Source: Candidatus Moraniibacteriota bacterium
Lineage (GTDB): Bacteria; Patescibacteriota; Minisyncoccia; Moranbacterales; UBA1568
DNA: 64,000 nucleotides
Assembly: GCA_023261645.1 (NCBI GenBank)
Contig: JAHFOO010000004.1
Location: 4,486 to 68,485 of the forward strand
Reading direction: 5' to 3'
In this document: piece by piece, positions 18,437-29,007 of the stretch
How the letters are laid out: each line of letters starts with the position of its first letter
Numbering within the stretch: the first letter of the stretch is position 1
Made by a program: the position numbers and the translations under genes
Notes under the pieces: model-generated
The model's database searches: none
Seen by the model: only the letters and a program-made list of their open reading frames with translations
Told to the model about the DNA's origin: nothing

Positions 18437-19771
18437 TTATCCTCGTATGAGAGCGAGGAGTTCGGCTTGTTTTTCTTCCATCATCGCCTGGGTTGTCGCT
18501 TCGAGGTTGAGACGCAGAAGCGGTTCGGTGTTGGATGGACGGACATTGAACCACCAGTCGTCATAATCGACTTTCAGTCCATCGAGCTCGCTTATCGTTC
18601 CATCGCTGTATTTCGCTTTGAGTTTTGCGAGGACAGCATCCTTGTCTGTCACCTCGCTGTTGATTTCGGCCGAGTGAGCGTATCGCTTGAGATCGGATAC
18701 GAGCGCGGAGAGAGATCTGCCTGTTTCTGTCATCAGGTTGAGGAGGAGGAAGGCGGCCAATGTACTGGCTTCTGCGAATGAATTCTCTTCGAAATAATAG
18801 TGTCCGGAGAGTTCGCCTGCGAAGATGGCACCGTCCACACGCATCTGTCTTTTGATGAAGGCGTGCCCGACACGGCATTCTTTCGCAATACCGCCGTTTT
18901 CTTCGATGACTTCTCGTACGGCACGGGAAGACCGCAAGTCATAAAGGATGGTTGCGCCAGGACGTTTCTCGAGGATGATTTTCGCCAGGAGTCCGGTGAT
19001 GAGATCCATCGGGATGACCGTGCCTGTTTCATCGGTGAATCCGACTCGGTCAGCATCCCCATCATACGCGATGCCGAGATCGGCGTGCGTCTCTTTCACC
19101 CTAAGAGAGAGTTCATCGAGAGTTTCTGTTTTCAGAGGATTGGCTTCGTGACACTGAAATGGATGATTGAGATCGTTGTAGAGGTTGATGATGGCGAGAT
19201 TTTCAGGAAATTGTTCGTACATCGGAAGTTCGAGTACGCCCATAGAGTTGGCAGTATCGATAGCCACCGTGAATTGTTTGTCTCCAAATTCGGCGAATGA
19301 TGTGAAATAGCCGTAGTAGGCGGGACGGATGTCCTTAGTAGTCATTGTTCCTTTCCGCTCGACATCTTCCCATTCGCCTCGTAGCGCAAGATCGCGGATT
19401 TCCTTGAGGCCGGAATCTTCACCGACAGGGAGTGCTCCACGGAGAGCTATCTTCAGTCCATTGTACTCGGGAGGATTGTGAGAAGCGGTGAGGGAAATAG
19501 CCGCATCGACATCCAAACGACCGGCAGCGAAATATACCATCGGAGTGCTGATGACGCCGAGATCGATGACATCAGAACCTCCATCCATCACCCCGCGTGT
19601 GAAGCTGGCAAAAAGCGCCGGACTCGATGGTCGTATATCGCGACCGATTGCGAGGCGTGTCGGTTTGAGGTATTCGACGACCGCACGACCGATAGTATAG
19701 GCATCATCTTCGTCGATATCATCAGGATAAATACCGCGGATATCGTAAGCTTTGAAAATATGTGGGTTCAT
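18437..19771 (-). CDS. phosphomannomutase/phosphoglucomutase (alpha-D-phosphohexomutase family)
   Basis: MNPHIFKAYDIRG start, TASHNPPEYNG active-site Ser loop, domains I-IV; start moved from ORF-track 19939 to internal ATG at 19771. Confidence 0.85.
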   Translation of the reverse strand: MNPHIFKAYDIRGIYPDDIDEDDAYTIGRAVVEYLKPTRLAIGRDIRPSSPALFASFTRGVMDGGSDVIDLGVISTPMVYFAAGRLDVDAAISLTASHNPPEYNGLKIALRGALPVGEDSGLKEIRDLALRGEWEDVERKGTMTTKDIRPAYYGYFTSFAEFGDKQFTVAIDTANSMGVLELPMYEQFPENLAIINLYNDLNHPFQCHEANPLKTETLDELSLRVKETHADLGIAYDGDADRVGFTDETGTVIPMDLITGLLAKIILEKRPGATILYDLRSSRAVREVIEENGGIAKECRVGHAFIKRQMRVDGAIFAGELSGHYYFEENSFAEASTLAAFLLLNLMTETGRSLSALVSDLKRYAHSAEINSEVTDKDAVLAKLKAKYSDGTISELDGLKVDYDDWWFNVRPSNTEPLLRLNLEATTQAMMEEKQAELLALIRG

Positions 19772-20027
19772 AAGGAATAAGAAAAGAATATGATACGGAT
19801 AGTATATCATATTCTGTCTGAAATGAATGAAAGGAGTACATTCGAGAGGGGGACTTGACAGAAACGTCAATCTGTGCAAAGCTTGTATCACCACAGGGCG
19901 GAATGACTCCTTTTTGGTTTCATCCTCTTCTGTGGCCACGTAAGCCCTTTGACAATTTACAGTGCGTTATCAAAGACGTATTTTGCTTTGTTGACGGGTT
20001 TTTTCTTTCAAAATCAAGGAAATCATC

Positions 20028-20441
20028 ATGAAAAAGACTCTTCTGTTCGCTTCGCTCGCTCTTGCTATTGGACTGTCGGCTCCCGCTGCTTTCGCCAACG
20101 GATTTGGTGGTGGATCGATGTTCGGCGGTTCTGTCAATTCGACATCCGGCTCGTCCGGTGTGGCCACTTCGGGTGCGAATGTCGGTGGTACCGGCCTTTC
20201 CCTGTCAGGTTCGGGAAGTATGACTTCCAATCAGTCTGGCGCGCAGGCCTGGGTCAATCCTGGCCACAACAGCGTCGAGGCAGGCACGTCGACCTACAAC
20301 AACTCCGGATCGGTCACAGGCGCAGGTGCTCTGAACTTCGGCCCTGCTATGGGCGGTGGCAATGCCACTGGCGCGTCTTCCGGTGGTGCCGGTGCCAGTG
20401 CCTTTGGCACGTTCGGTGGTGGCGGTTACCATCACCACTGA
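20028..20441 (+). CDS. secreted Gly/Ser/Ala-rich low-complexity protein ending in GGGGYHHH
   Basis: signal peptide MKKTLLFASLALAIGLSAPAAFA; SD-like sequence upstream; GC-rich codons driven by Gly/Ala content. Confidence 0.55.
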   Translation: MKKTLLFASLALAIGLSAPAAFANGFGGGSMFGGSVNSTSGSSGVATSGANVGGTGLSLSGSGSMTSNQSGAQAWVNPGHNSVEAGTSTYNNSGSVTGAGALNFGPAMGGGNATGASSGGAGASAFGTFGGGGYHHH

Positions 20442-20591
20442 TCGGTCTGTCTGGTTGATTATCTGAGTTGAAGAAAGCAAGGTCAAGAGCCTGAGATTGT
20501 CTCGGACTGACCGAAAACAAAAAGGTTCAGGGGAAAAACTTCCTCTGGACCTTTCCTATTATGTGATTGAACTGAATTGAGGAGAATTGAA

Positions 20592-21320
20592 ATGAAAAAA
20601 CATCTACTGCTTTCGATCTTGACTTCCGCTACACTCCTTCTCGGTGGTGGCAACGCTTTCGCTGATGGCTCATCGGCTACAGCCGGTGCCAATTCTGGGT
20701 CTGATGCTTCCGCTTCCGCAGGAGCCAGTGCCGTCGGCATTGGCAGTTCTACCGGAATTGGCGTCGGTTACGGTGGCGGTGGCGGTGGCGGTGGATCCGC
20801 AAGTTCCGGTCTCAACCAGCAGAATGCCTTGAGCACTCAGGCTGGTGCGATGGGGAACAGTACTGTCGTCACTTTCGAAGGGACCACAATCCCGACGCAC
20901 ACTACGGCTACGATCGAGGGCACGCAGACACTGAAAAATGTGCCGGCCGTTTATGCGCCGTCGCTCACGACGACTCTCACGGAAACGTGTATGGGTTCGA
21001 CGTCCGGTGGCTTGGCAGTCGCCGGCTTCGGCATCAGCGGTGGCGGTACCTGGGTCGATGTCGAATGTGTCAATCGCCTGAACGCTCGCGATGTCAAGGC
21101 ATTGCAAGTTCCGGGCGCGGCACTGGCTTCCAAAGAAGTTCTTTGTGCCAATGCAGTGGTACGGCAAGCGTTCAAGAAGACGGGTCATCCGTGTATGGAC
21201 GATATGCCCAATGCACAAAAAACGAGCGCGGTCGATCCATCGGGCGTTGCGTCACAATCGGCGCCATTCACCTACACGGACCCGATCGTCCGGAAGCGCT
21301 TGGGTCTGCCACCGCTTTGA
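20592..21320 (+). CDS. secreted Gly/Ser-rich protein with Cys-containing C-terminal domain
   Basis: signal peptide MKKHLLLSILTSATLLLGGGNAFA; GGAG 8 nt upstream of ATG; poly-Gly tract; 4 Cys in C-terminal 100 aa. Confidence 0.55.
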   Translation: MKKHLLLSILTSATLLLGGGNAFADGSSATAGANSGSDASASAGASAVGIGSSTGIGVGYGGGGGGGGSASSGLNQQNALSTQAGAMGNSTVVTFEGTTIPTHTTATIEGTQTLKNVPAVYAPSLTTTLTETCMGSTSGGLAVAGFGISGGGTWVDVECVNRLNARDVKALQVPGAALASKEVLCANAVVRQAFKKTGHPCMDDMPNAQKTSAVDPSGVASQSAPFTYTDPIVRKRLGLPPL

Positions 21321-21507
21321 TCCATCTTCCCAAACTCTGGGTATAGCGTGAAGCAACTGCTTCATATATCCCAATGACTGGTTTTTCTATATATTTTCGA
21401 TAAGAGAATATACAGCAAAGACCAGTCTTTTTTTATGCATATTTTTATGGAACGTGTTGGTAATAAGATGTAGGGATGGACTGCGTTGTTTTCAGGTTAT
21501 TTTTCAT

Positions 21508-21660
21508 CACGTTCATTCCAGTTTTCTTTTGGGAGACTTGTTTTCCCAAAGCGGGCATGGTTTTTTGCTTACTTGAAAGCAAAAAGAGCGAAGGGGAAAC
21601 AGGAGTGAGTGAAACGGCTGGATGAGCGAGCGTGCTCCAAAAAGAAAGCTGGAATGAAAC
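21508..21660. repeat. structured ~153-nt element with ~22-nt terminal inverted repeats (MITE-like or ncRNA), copy 1, 130 nt upstream of ychF
   Basis: about 93% identical to reverse complement of 26996-27148; ends cacgttcattccagttttctttt / aaaagaaagctggaatgaaac are inverted repeats. Confidence 0.75.
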
Positions 21661-21788
21661 CGGGATAAACAGCGTTATAGAATCTGATATATGACATTCT
21701 TGTTGACCGAGAGACTTTTTTCTGGGAGAATAGAGACTGTTGTGGCAGTGTATGGAATATTTTTTGGTCTCATAAGTTGCTCAAGAGT

Positions 21789-22838
21789 ATGGCACTGCAA
21801 GTAGGTATCGTAGGACTGCCAAACGTCGGGAAATCGACGTTGTTCAAGGCGCTCACACGGAAAGTGGTGGATATCAATAATTATCCGTTCTGCACCATCG
21901 AGCCGAATGTCGGTATCGTCGAAGTACCTGATGAACGTCTGGCAAAGCTCGCAAAGATGTCCGGTACGAAGAAAATCATTCCGGCCGTGATCGAATTCGT
22001 GGATATTGCCGGTTTGGTGAAAGGAGCGAGCGAGGGAGAAGGTTTGGGGAACAAGTTCCTTCAGAATATTCGCGAAGTGGATGCCATCGTGGAAGTGGTG
22101 AGAGTTTTCGAAAATCCCGATATCATCCACGTCCACAATCGAGTCGAGCCGACAGAGGACATCGAAATCATCAATACGGAACTCATCTTGGCGGATATGG
22201 AAACGGTCGCCAAACGGAAGTTGAAAACAGGCAAAGACGCCCGGGCTGGTAAGAAAGAATCTGCGATAGAGATGATGATACTCGAGAAGTTGGAAGCGGA
22301 ATTCCAAGCGGTGCGTCTGCCTCACGCGATGATTGCGACGCTTTCCGATGAAGAAAAAAAAGTGGTGAAGAGTCTGCAACTGCTTACGACCAAACCATTC
22401 CTTTATGTGTACAATGTTTCAGATATCGATCGTCCCCTCAATCCGGAGCTCGAAGCGCGACCGCACGTGAAGCTCGATATCAAGATAGAAGAGGAACTCA
22501 TAGAAATGTCAGCCGAAGAGATTGAGGAAATGGGACTGGAGTCGCATATCGGAGATCTGGCGAAACAGGCCTATGCGCTCCTCGGACTGATGACGTATTT
22601 CACGACCGGAGTGGAGGAGACGCGTGCCTGGACTATCCCCATCGGATCGACCGCACCCCAAGCAGGGTCGGCTATCCATAACGACTTCGAAGAAAAATTC
22701 ATCCGTGCCGAAGTCATCCACGAGACGTTACTCCTCGAAGCCGGGTCGTGGAGCACTGCCCGTGACACCGGTGCTCTCCGTCTCGAAGGCAAGAGCTATA
22801 TCGTAGCAGATGGCGATGTCATCGTGTTCAAGATTTAG
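21789..22838 (+). CDS. ychF: ribosome-binding ATPase YchF (Obg-like GTPase family)
   Basis: MALQVGIVGLPNVGKSTLFKALT G1 motif, TGS-like C-terminus. Confidence 0.9.
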   Translation: MALQVGIVGLPNVGKSTLFKALTRKVVDINNYPFCTIEPNVGIVEVPDERLAKLAKMSGTKKIIPAVIEFVDIAGLVKGASEGEGLGNKFLQNIREVDAIVEVVRVFENPDIIHVHNRVEPTEDIEIINTELILADMETVAKRKLKTGKDARAGKKESAIEMMILEKLEAEFQAVRLPHAMIATLSDEEKKVVKSLQLLTTKPFLYVYNVSDIDRPLNPELEARPHVKLDIKIEEELIEMSAEEIEEMGLESHIGDLAKQAYALLGLMTYFTTGVEETRAWTIPIGSTAPQAGSAIHNDFEEKFIRAEVIHETLLLEAGSWSTARDTGALRLEGKSYIVADGDVIVFKI

Positions 22839-22957
22839 GGAATTGATTCTATACTTACTGAAAGGAGGCTGTGATACTTGACAAATATTTGTCATTTCTA
22901 CTCGTGAGGGGTATAATAAAAGAAAGAAAAATTTAAAAAAATAACAAACAAAAATAT

Positions 22958-23554
22958 ATGTTTTTGAGGATTATACTCATCAGTCTTGTTGTGTTTGTGA
23001 TTGGTGCTTCTTTCGGTGTATATGTCGTCGGTCCTTGGAGAAGTATGAATAATGATCAAGTGTCATCCGGCGTTTCCGGTGCACGTGTCGATAAAACCAG
23101 CCAGAATTATCAGGCAGGATTTGCTGATGCGCGAAAACTCGTGGAAGACAGCAGTCTTGGTAGCTTCTTCCGTACGGAAGACGATGTACGCACGGTATCA
23201 GGTACGGTGACCGCTATAAACGGCAATCGCCTCACCATACAGAGCCAATCGGCGAACAACCCTTTTGATGGATCCGCTCTCAAAGATCGCACTATCCTTG
23301 TAGATACGAACACAAAGACTATCAAGCTCACCGATAGAGACCCGGCTACCATCAAGGCAGAAATGGAAAAAAAGGCGGAACAGAGCAAATCGCCACAGCT
23401 CCCTCCTGTAGAGCTTTATGATCAGACAACTGTCGATGCCTCGAGTATTCTCGTCGGGGATTCGATAGTGGTTACCGCTTCAGACAATGTGAAGACCTTG
23501 GCCGAATTCACCGCGGAGGAGATTCGGATTCAACCTAAAATGTTCATAAAATAG
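22958..23554 (+). CDS. hypothetical membrane-anchored protein
   Basis: N-terminal TM helix, no recognisable domain. Confidence 0.45.
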   Translation: MFLRIILISLVVFVIGASFGVYVVGPWRSMNNDQVSSGVSGARVDKTSQNYQAGFADARKLVEDSSLGSFFRTEDDVRTVSGTVTAINGNRLTIQSQSANNPFDGSALKDRTILVDTNTKTIKLTDRDPATIKAEMEKKAEQSKSPQLPPVELYDQTTVDASSILVGDSIVVTASDNVKTLAEFTAEEIRIQPKMFIK

Positions 23555-23565
23555 TCTCATACACT

Positions 23566-25131
23566 ATGTCTTTTATAAAAATTTCTTCATCCGTGATAGC
23601 GAAATCTTTTTTACTCGTATTTCTTCTTTCATCAGGGTTTTTCTTGAGCGGAGCGAAAGCCGAAGCGTCATCGACGATGTGGAAATATAGTTACACATTT
23701 CCTGGATACTGGACTTCTATGGAAACGTATGACTTTTATACTCAACCTCGTACTGCTGTTCTTGCCACGTTCTTCGCATCCACGAACAAGAGTATTTATA
23801 CAGTCGGTGAAACAGCCTCTGTTACTGTTTCTGTCGCCGCAGGAGATCAGGGAAACTCCTTTAATGGGTGGGATCCTATTATGAATGGTCTTCTCAATTT
23901 CTTTTTTGGTAGTTCCACTCCGTATGTCGGTGTTGCTGCATATTTCGGTCCGTACCAAGTCGCTCAGTGTGATGCTGCCGGTTCTTGTTCTTCTACGCAG
24001 AGCATCGTCGTAGCGGTTCCTCCGGGAAATTACAGTCTTTCACTCGGCGGCTGTTATAATAGTGCCAATGGTTGTGCACCTTCGAGTCTGCCCTTTTCGG
24101 TCGTGTGCCCTGGAGGAACCTCGTGGGACGGAAGCAACTGTGTCGTCCCTGCACTGGTACCAGTCAATGCTGTTTGTGGAACGACTCACTACAGCTGTAC
24201 AGCCGGTAGACATGTCGCTACCGGTGGTGTCAATCAAGTTGAAAGTGCTTCAGGTTATACGTGGCACTGTGGCGGATCAAATGGAGGATCAGACGCTACG
24301 AATTGTTCCGAACAGAAAGCCCCTTGTTCCTTCTCAGGATATGTCTCATGGCCACCTGGTTGTGGTGCCAATGCGAGCGGATCGCTTCCGAGTGGTGCAT
24401 CGACGACAGTGACCAATACGAATGCCGGATACAGCGGAAGCAAGAATTACTCTTGTTCCAATGGAACCTGGATCGCCGGAAGCGAGTCTTGTTCTCCAGT
24501 TGCTGATCCTGTTGCTCCCACCCTCACATTTACTGCTAATCCCACCTCGATTGCAACTGGAGGTTCATCAACGCTTACCTGGTCTACGAACGCTGCCTCT
24601 TGCTGGGCCACCGGCGGTTGGACAGGCTGGAAGACAGTTGGTAATAATATTTCAGCGGTAGTATCACCGGTAGCCACCGCGACCTACACGCTCGAATGCT
24701 GGAACAGTTCTGGTGTCTCTTCCGGACAAAGAAATGCCACGGTAACCGTGGGAGTAGTCGCTTCTGCTCCGACGCTCACTTTCATAGCCAGTCCATCAGC
24801 CGTTTCTTCAAGTGGAGGATCCACACTGAACTGGAGCACGACCAATGCTGTATCTTGTACTGCCTCCGGTGATTGGAGCGGTGCCAAAGCAGTGCCAAGT
24901 GGTGCAGAGACTCAATTAAATATCACTGCGGACAAAACATACACACTGGAATGTCAGAACAGTGTCGGTACCAAAGTAAGCAAGACAGTAACCATAGCAG
25001 TAACACTAGTGTGTAATCCTGACTGCAGTGAAGCGAAAAACCACTGCTCAGGAACATCATACCCTGCTGGTTGTGGAGTCTGCACTGGTACCCGCCTCTG
25101 TGATTACAATTGGAAAGAAGTGGCACCGTAG
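23566..25131 (+). CDS. secreted Cys-rich protein with three ~85-aa tandem Ig-like repeats
   Basis: signal peptide; repeats APTLTF(T/I)A(N/S)P...GGS(S)TL(T/N)WST(N)A(A/V)SC x3. Confidence 0.55.
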   Translation: MSFIKISSSVIAKSFLLVFLLSSGFFLSGAKAEASSTMWKYSYTFPGYWTSMETYDFYTQPRTAVLATFFASTNKSIYTVGETASVTVSVAAGDQGNSFNGWDPIMNGLLNFFFGSSTPYVGVAAYFGPYQVAQCDAAGSCSSTQSIVVAVPPGNYSLSLGGCYNSANGCAPSSLPFSVVCPGGTSWDGSNCVVPALVPVNAVCGTTHYSCTAGRHVATGGVNQVESASGYTWHCGGSNGGSDATNCSEQKAPCSFSGYVSWPPGCGANASGSLPSGASTTVTNTNAGYSGSKNYSCSNGTWIAGSESCSPVADPVAPTLTFTANPTSIATGGSSTLTWSTNAASCWATGGWTGWKTVGNNISAVVSPVATATYTLECWNSSGVSSGQRNATVTVGVVASAPTLTFIASPSAVSSSGGSTLNWSTTNAVSCTASGDWSGAKAVPSGAETQLNITADKTYTLECQNSVGTKVSKTVTIAVTLVCNPDCSEAKNHCSGTSYPAGCGVCTGTRLCDYNWKEVAP

Positions 25132-25154
25132 AAGAGAAAAATTGTAGCAATGAA

Positions 25155-25187
25155 AAATGAGGTTGGTCGACCTCATTTTTTCTTTTT
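25155..25187 (+). terminator. rho-independent terminator before groEL promoter
   Basis: aaatgaggt tggtcg acctcattttttc. Confidence 0.6.
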
Positions 25188-25196
25188 CAGGTACGC

Positions 25197-25225
25197 TTGA
25201 CACTCATTTTTTGGCAATCTATAAT
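25197..25225 (+). promoter_or_regulatory. consensus sigma70 promoter of groEL (TTGACA-N17-TATAAT), with CIRCE-like half site GAGTGCTAA immediately downstream
   Basis: perfect hexamers with 17-nt spacer; agagaGTGCTAAta follows the -10. Confidence 0.55.
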
Positions 25226-25227
25226 AG

Positions 25228-26907
<1,680 letters not shown>

Positions 26908-26995
26908 TCCCCAAGAAATTCCCCCGATTGTTCGTCGAAGGAGAGAAATGATAAGTTGTAAGAATTAACAGCGTTGTTAAGAGACTACATCTTTT

Positions 26996-27148
26996 CACGT
27001 TCCTTTCGGTTTTCTTTTGAGAGCACACTCGCTCACCCAGCCGTTTCACTCACTCCTGTTTCCCCTTCGCTCTTTTTGCTCTTGAAAAGCAAAAAACCAT
27101 GCCCGCTTTGGGAAAACAAGTCTCTCAAAAGAAAATCGAAAGGAACAA
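26996..27148. repeat. structured ~153-nt TIR element, copy 2 (inverted relative to copy 1), between groEL and pilB
   Basis: reverse complement aligns with 21508-21660 over the full length. Confidence 0.75.
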
Positions 27149-27228
27149 CCCTAAACAACGCTCGAGAATCTGACAAGTGAATCAAGAAAAGAAGTCTTCC
27201 GGAAGAGAGACTTCTTTTTTATGCTATA

Positions 27229-29007
27229 ATGGAAGCAAACAAAATAAACACAGAGTGTATGCGTATCGAACTTGAAGAATTGAGAAGTTTTCTTCTTGAT
27301 TCCAATATCGTTCCCAAAGATGTCGTTGAACAGACAGCTCTTGAAGCGAAGAAAGAGAACAAAAACCTCGGAGCGTTGCTTTTGGAAAAAAAATTGATAG
27401 AAGAGGCAGAACTTCAGAAAGTCTATGCCTATATTTTGGGTATTCCCTTCGTCGATCTTTCCAAGGAAACCATTCCTTTGGAAGTTTTGCAGATTGTCCC
27501 GGAGCTTATCGCTAAAAAATACAATATAGTCTCATTCGAGAAAAACGGTGTCAATCTGAAAGTGGCGATGCTCAACCCCGAAGACCTTCAGACGATTGAT
27601 TTCATCAAGAAAAAAACCGGACTCAAGATCGTTCCCTGTCTCACGACTCGTGAGAGTATCCAGGGAGTACTTCGTCAGTATGAGAAGACGCTCAAGGCGG
27701 AGTTCGGAGATATGCTCACCGGCGATATCAAACCGGATGGTGAAGACAAAGACGAAGAAAATCTTGCACAAGTTGCGGCCGGACTCCCTATCATCCGTAT
27801 CGTCGATACGCTCCTCAAACATGCCATTCTCGAATCGGCCAGTGATATCCATATCGAACCGGACGAAAAAGAAGTCCACGTGCGGTATCGTATCGATGGT
27901 GTTTTGCATGACGCGATGACGTTGCCCAAAGACGTAGCGGCCGGTATTGTCGCCCGCATCAAGGTGCTTTCCAATCTCAAACTCGACGAACATCGTCTGC
28001 CACAGGACGGGCGTTTCAAAATCCAGAATGATGAGTACAAGATTTCTTTCCGTGTCAGTATGTTGCCGGTTTTCGATGGCGAGAAAATCGTGATGCGTCT
28101 CTTGGATGAGACAGCGAAAGGGCTGACACTCGAGAAGATGGGACTCGGTGGCTCGGCACTCGAAGCTGTCCATCGTGAAATCAATAAACCAAACGGGATG
28201 ATTCTCGTCACCGGTCCGACCGGATCCGGGAAAACAACCACACTCTATACAGTGATGGATATCTTGAACACGACGGAAGTCAATATCAGCACAGTGGAGG
28301 ATCCGGTAGAATACCGTATGCCGAGAGTCAATCAGACGCAGATCAATCCGAAAGTCGGTATGACATTTGCTGCTGCTCTGCGGTCACTCCTCCGTCAGGA
28401 TCCGGATATCATTATGGTGGGTGAAATTCGAGATCAGGAAACTCTCGAAATCGCTATGCATGCCGCTATGACAGGGCATCTCGTGCTTTCGACTCTCCAC
28501 ACCAACAACGCTGCTGCGACGCTCCCTCGTATGATCGATATGGGAGCAGAGCCATTCCTTATCGCTTCTACGGTGAACGTCATCATCGCTCAGCGTCTCA
28601 TAAGGCGTTTATGCGTCGAATGTCGTAAACCGTATACGCTCGATAAAAAAGAGATTGAATCACTCGGAAAATCGTATGATATCGATGATATTTTTCGATT
28701 CCTCAAAAATGATCCTGTCGCCAAAAAATTCGTCGAAAAAGCGAAGAATTGGGACGAAGTGACGTTTTACAAACCGACCGGTTGCGAGCAGTGCGGTGGC
28801 GAAGGCTATCACGGTCGCAACGGTATCTATGAAGTACTTCCGATGGATACGAATATCCGCAAACTGATTACTCAGTCAGCGACGACCGAGATGATCGAAG
28901 ATGAGGCCAGAAAAAATGGTATGTCGACGATGGTGCAGGACGGCTTTCTGAAAATAGTGCAAGGAATCACGTCGCTCGAAGAAGTGATGCGTGCGACCAA
29001 AGAATGA
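27229..29007 (+). CDS. pilB: type IV pilus / type II secretion assembly ATPase (PilB/GspE family)
   Basis: N-terminal GSPII_E-N domain, Walker A GPTGSGKTTTL, Asp and His boxes, tetracysteine CxxC...CxxC. Confidence 0.85.
   Translation: MEANKINTECMRIELEELRSFLLDSNIVPKDVVEQTALEAKKENKNLGALLLEKKLIEEAELQKVYAYILGIPFVDLSKETIPLEVLQIVPELIAKKYNIVSFEKNGVNLKVAMLNPEDLQTIDFIKKKTGLKIVPCLTTRESIQGVLRQYEKTLKAEFGDMLTGDIKPDGEDKDEENLAQVAAGLPIIRIVDTLLKHAILESASDIHIEPDEKEVHVRYRIDGVLHDAMTLPKDVAAGIVARIKVLSNLKLDEHRLPQDGRFKIQNDEYKISFRVSMLPVFDGEKIVMRLLDETAKGLTLEKMGLGGSALEAVHREINKPNGMILVTGPTGSGKTTTLYTVMDILNTTEVNISTVEDPVEYRMPRVNQTQINPKVGMTFAAALRSLLRQDPDIIMVGEIRDQETLEIAMHAAMTGHLVLSTLHTNNAAATLPRMIDMGAEPFLIASTVNVIIAQRLIRRLCVECRKPYTLDKKEIESLGKSYDIDDIFRFLKNDPVAKKFVEKAKNWDEVTFYKPTGCEQCGGEGYHGRNGIYEVLPMDTNIRKLITQSATTEMIEDEARKNGMSTMVQDGFLKIVQGITSLEEVMRATKE

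Noticed and set aside
20670-21218. 182-aa minus-strand ORF overlapping the Gly-rich secreted-protein gene
   Set aside because: The GC-rich repetitive sequence keeps both strands open. The + strand ORF has a signal peptide, SD and ATG, so it is preferred.
20028-21320. Horizontal acquisition of the Gly-rich gene pair inferred from elevated GC
   Set aside because: The GC excess is explained by Gly/Ala/Ser codon composition. Flanking intergenic DNA and third-position usage are not distinctive, and no integrase or att sites are present.
26974-27180. 68-aa ORF overlapping MITE-like copy 2
   Set aside because: It lies entirely within a repeat element with clear RNA-like secondary structure. It has no SD and is not conserved in copy 1 orientation.
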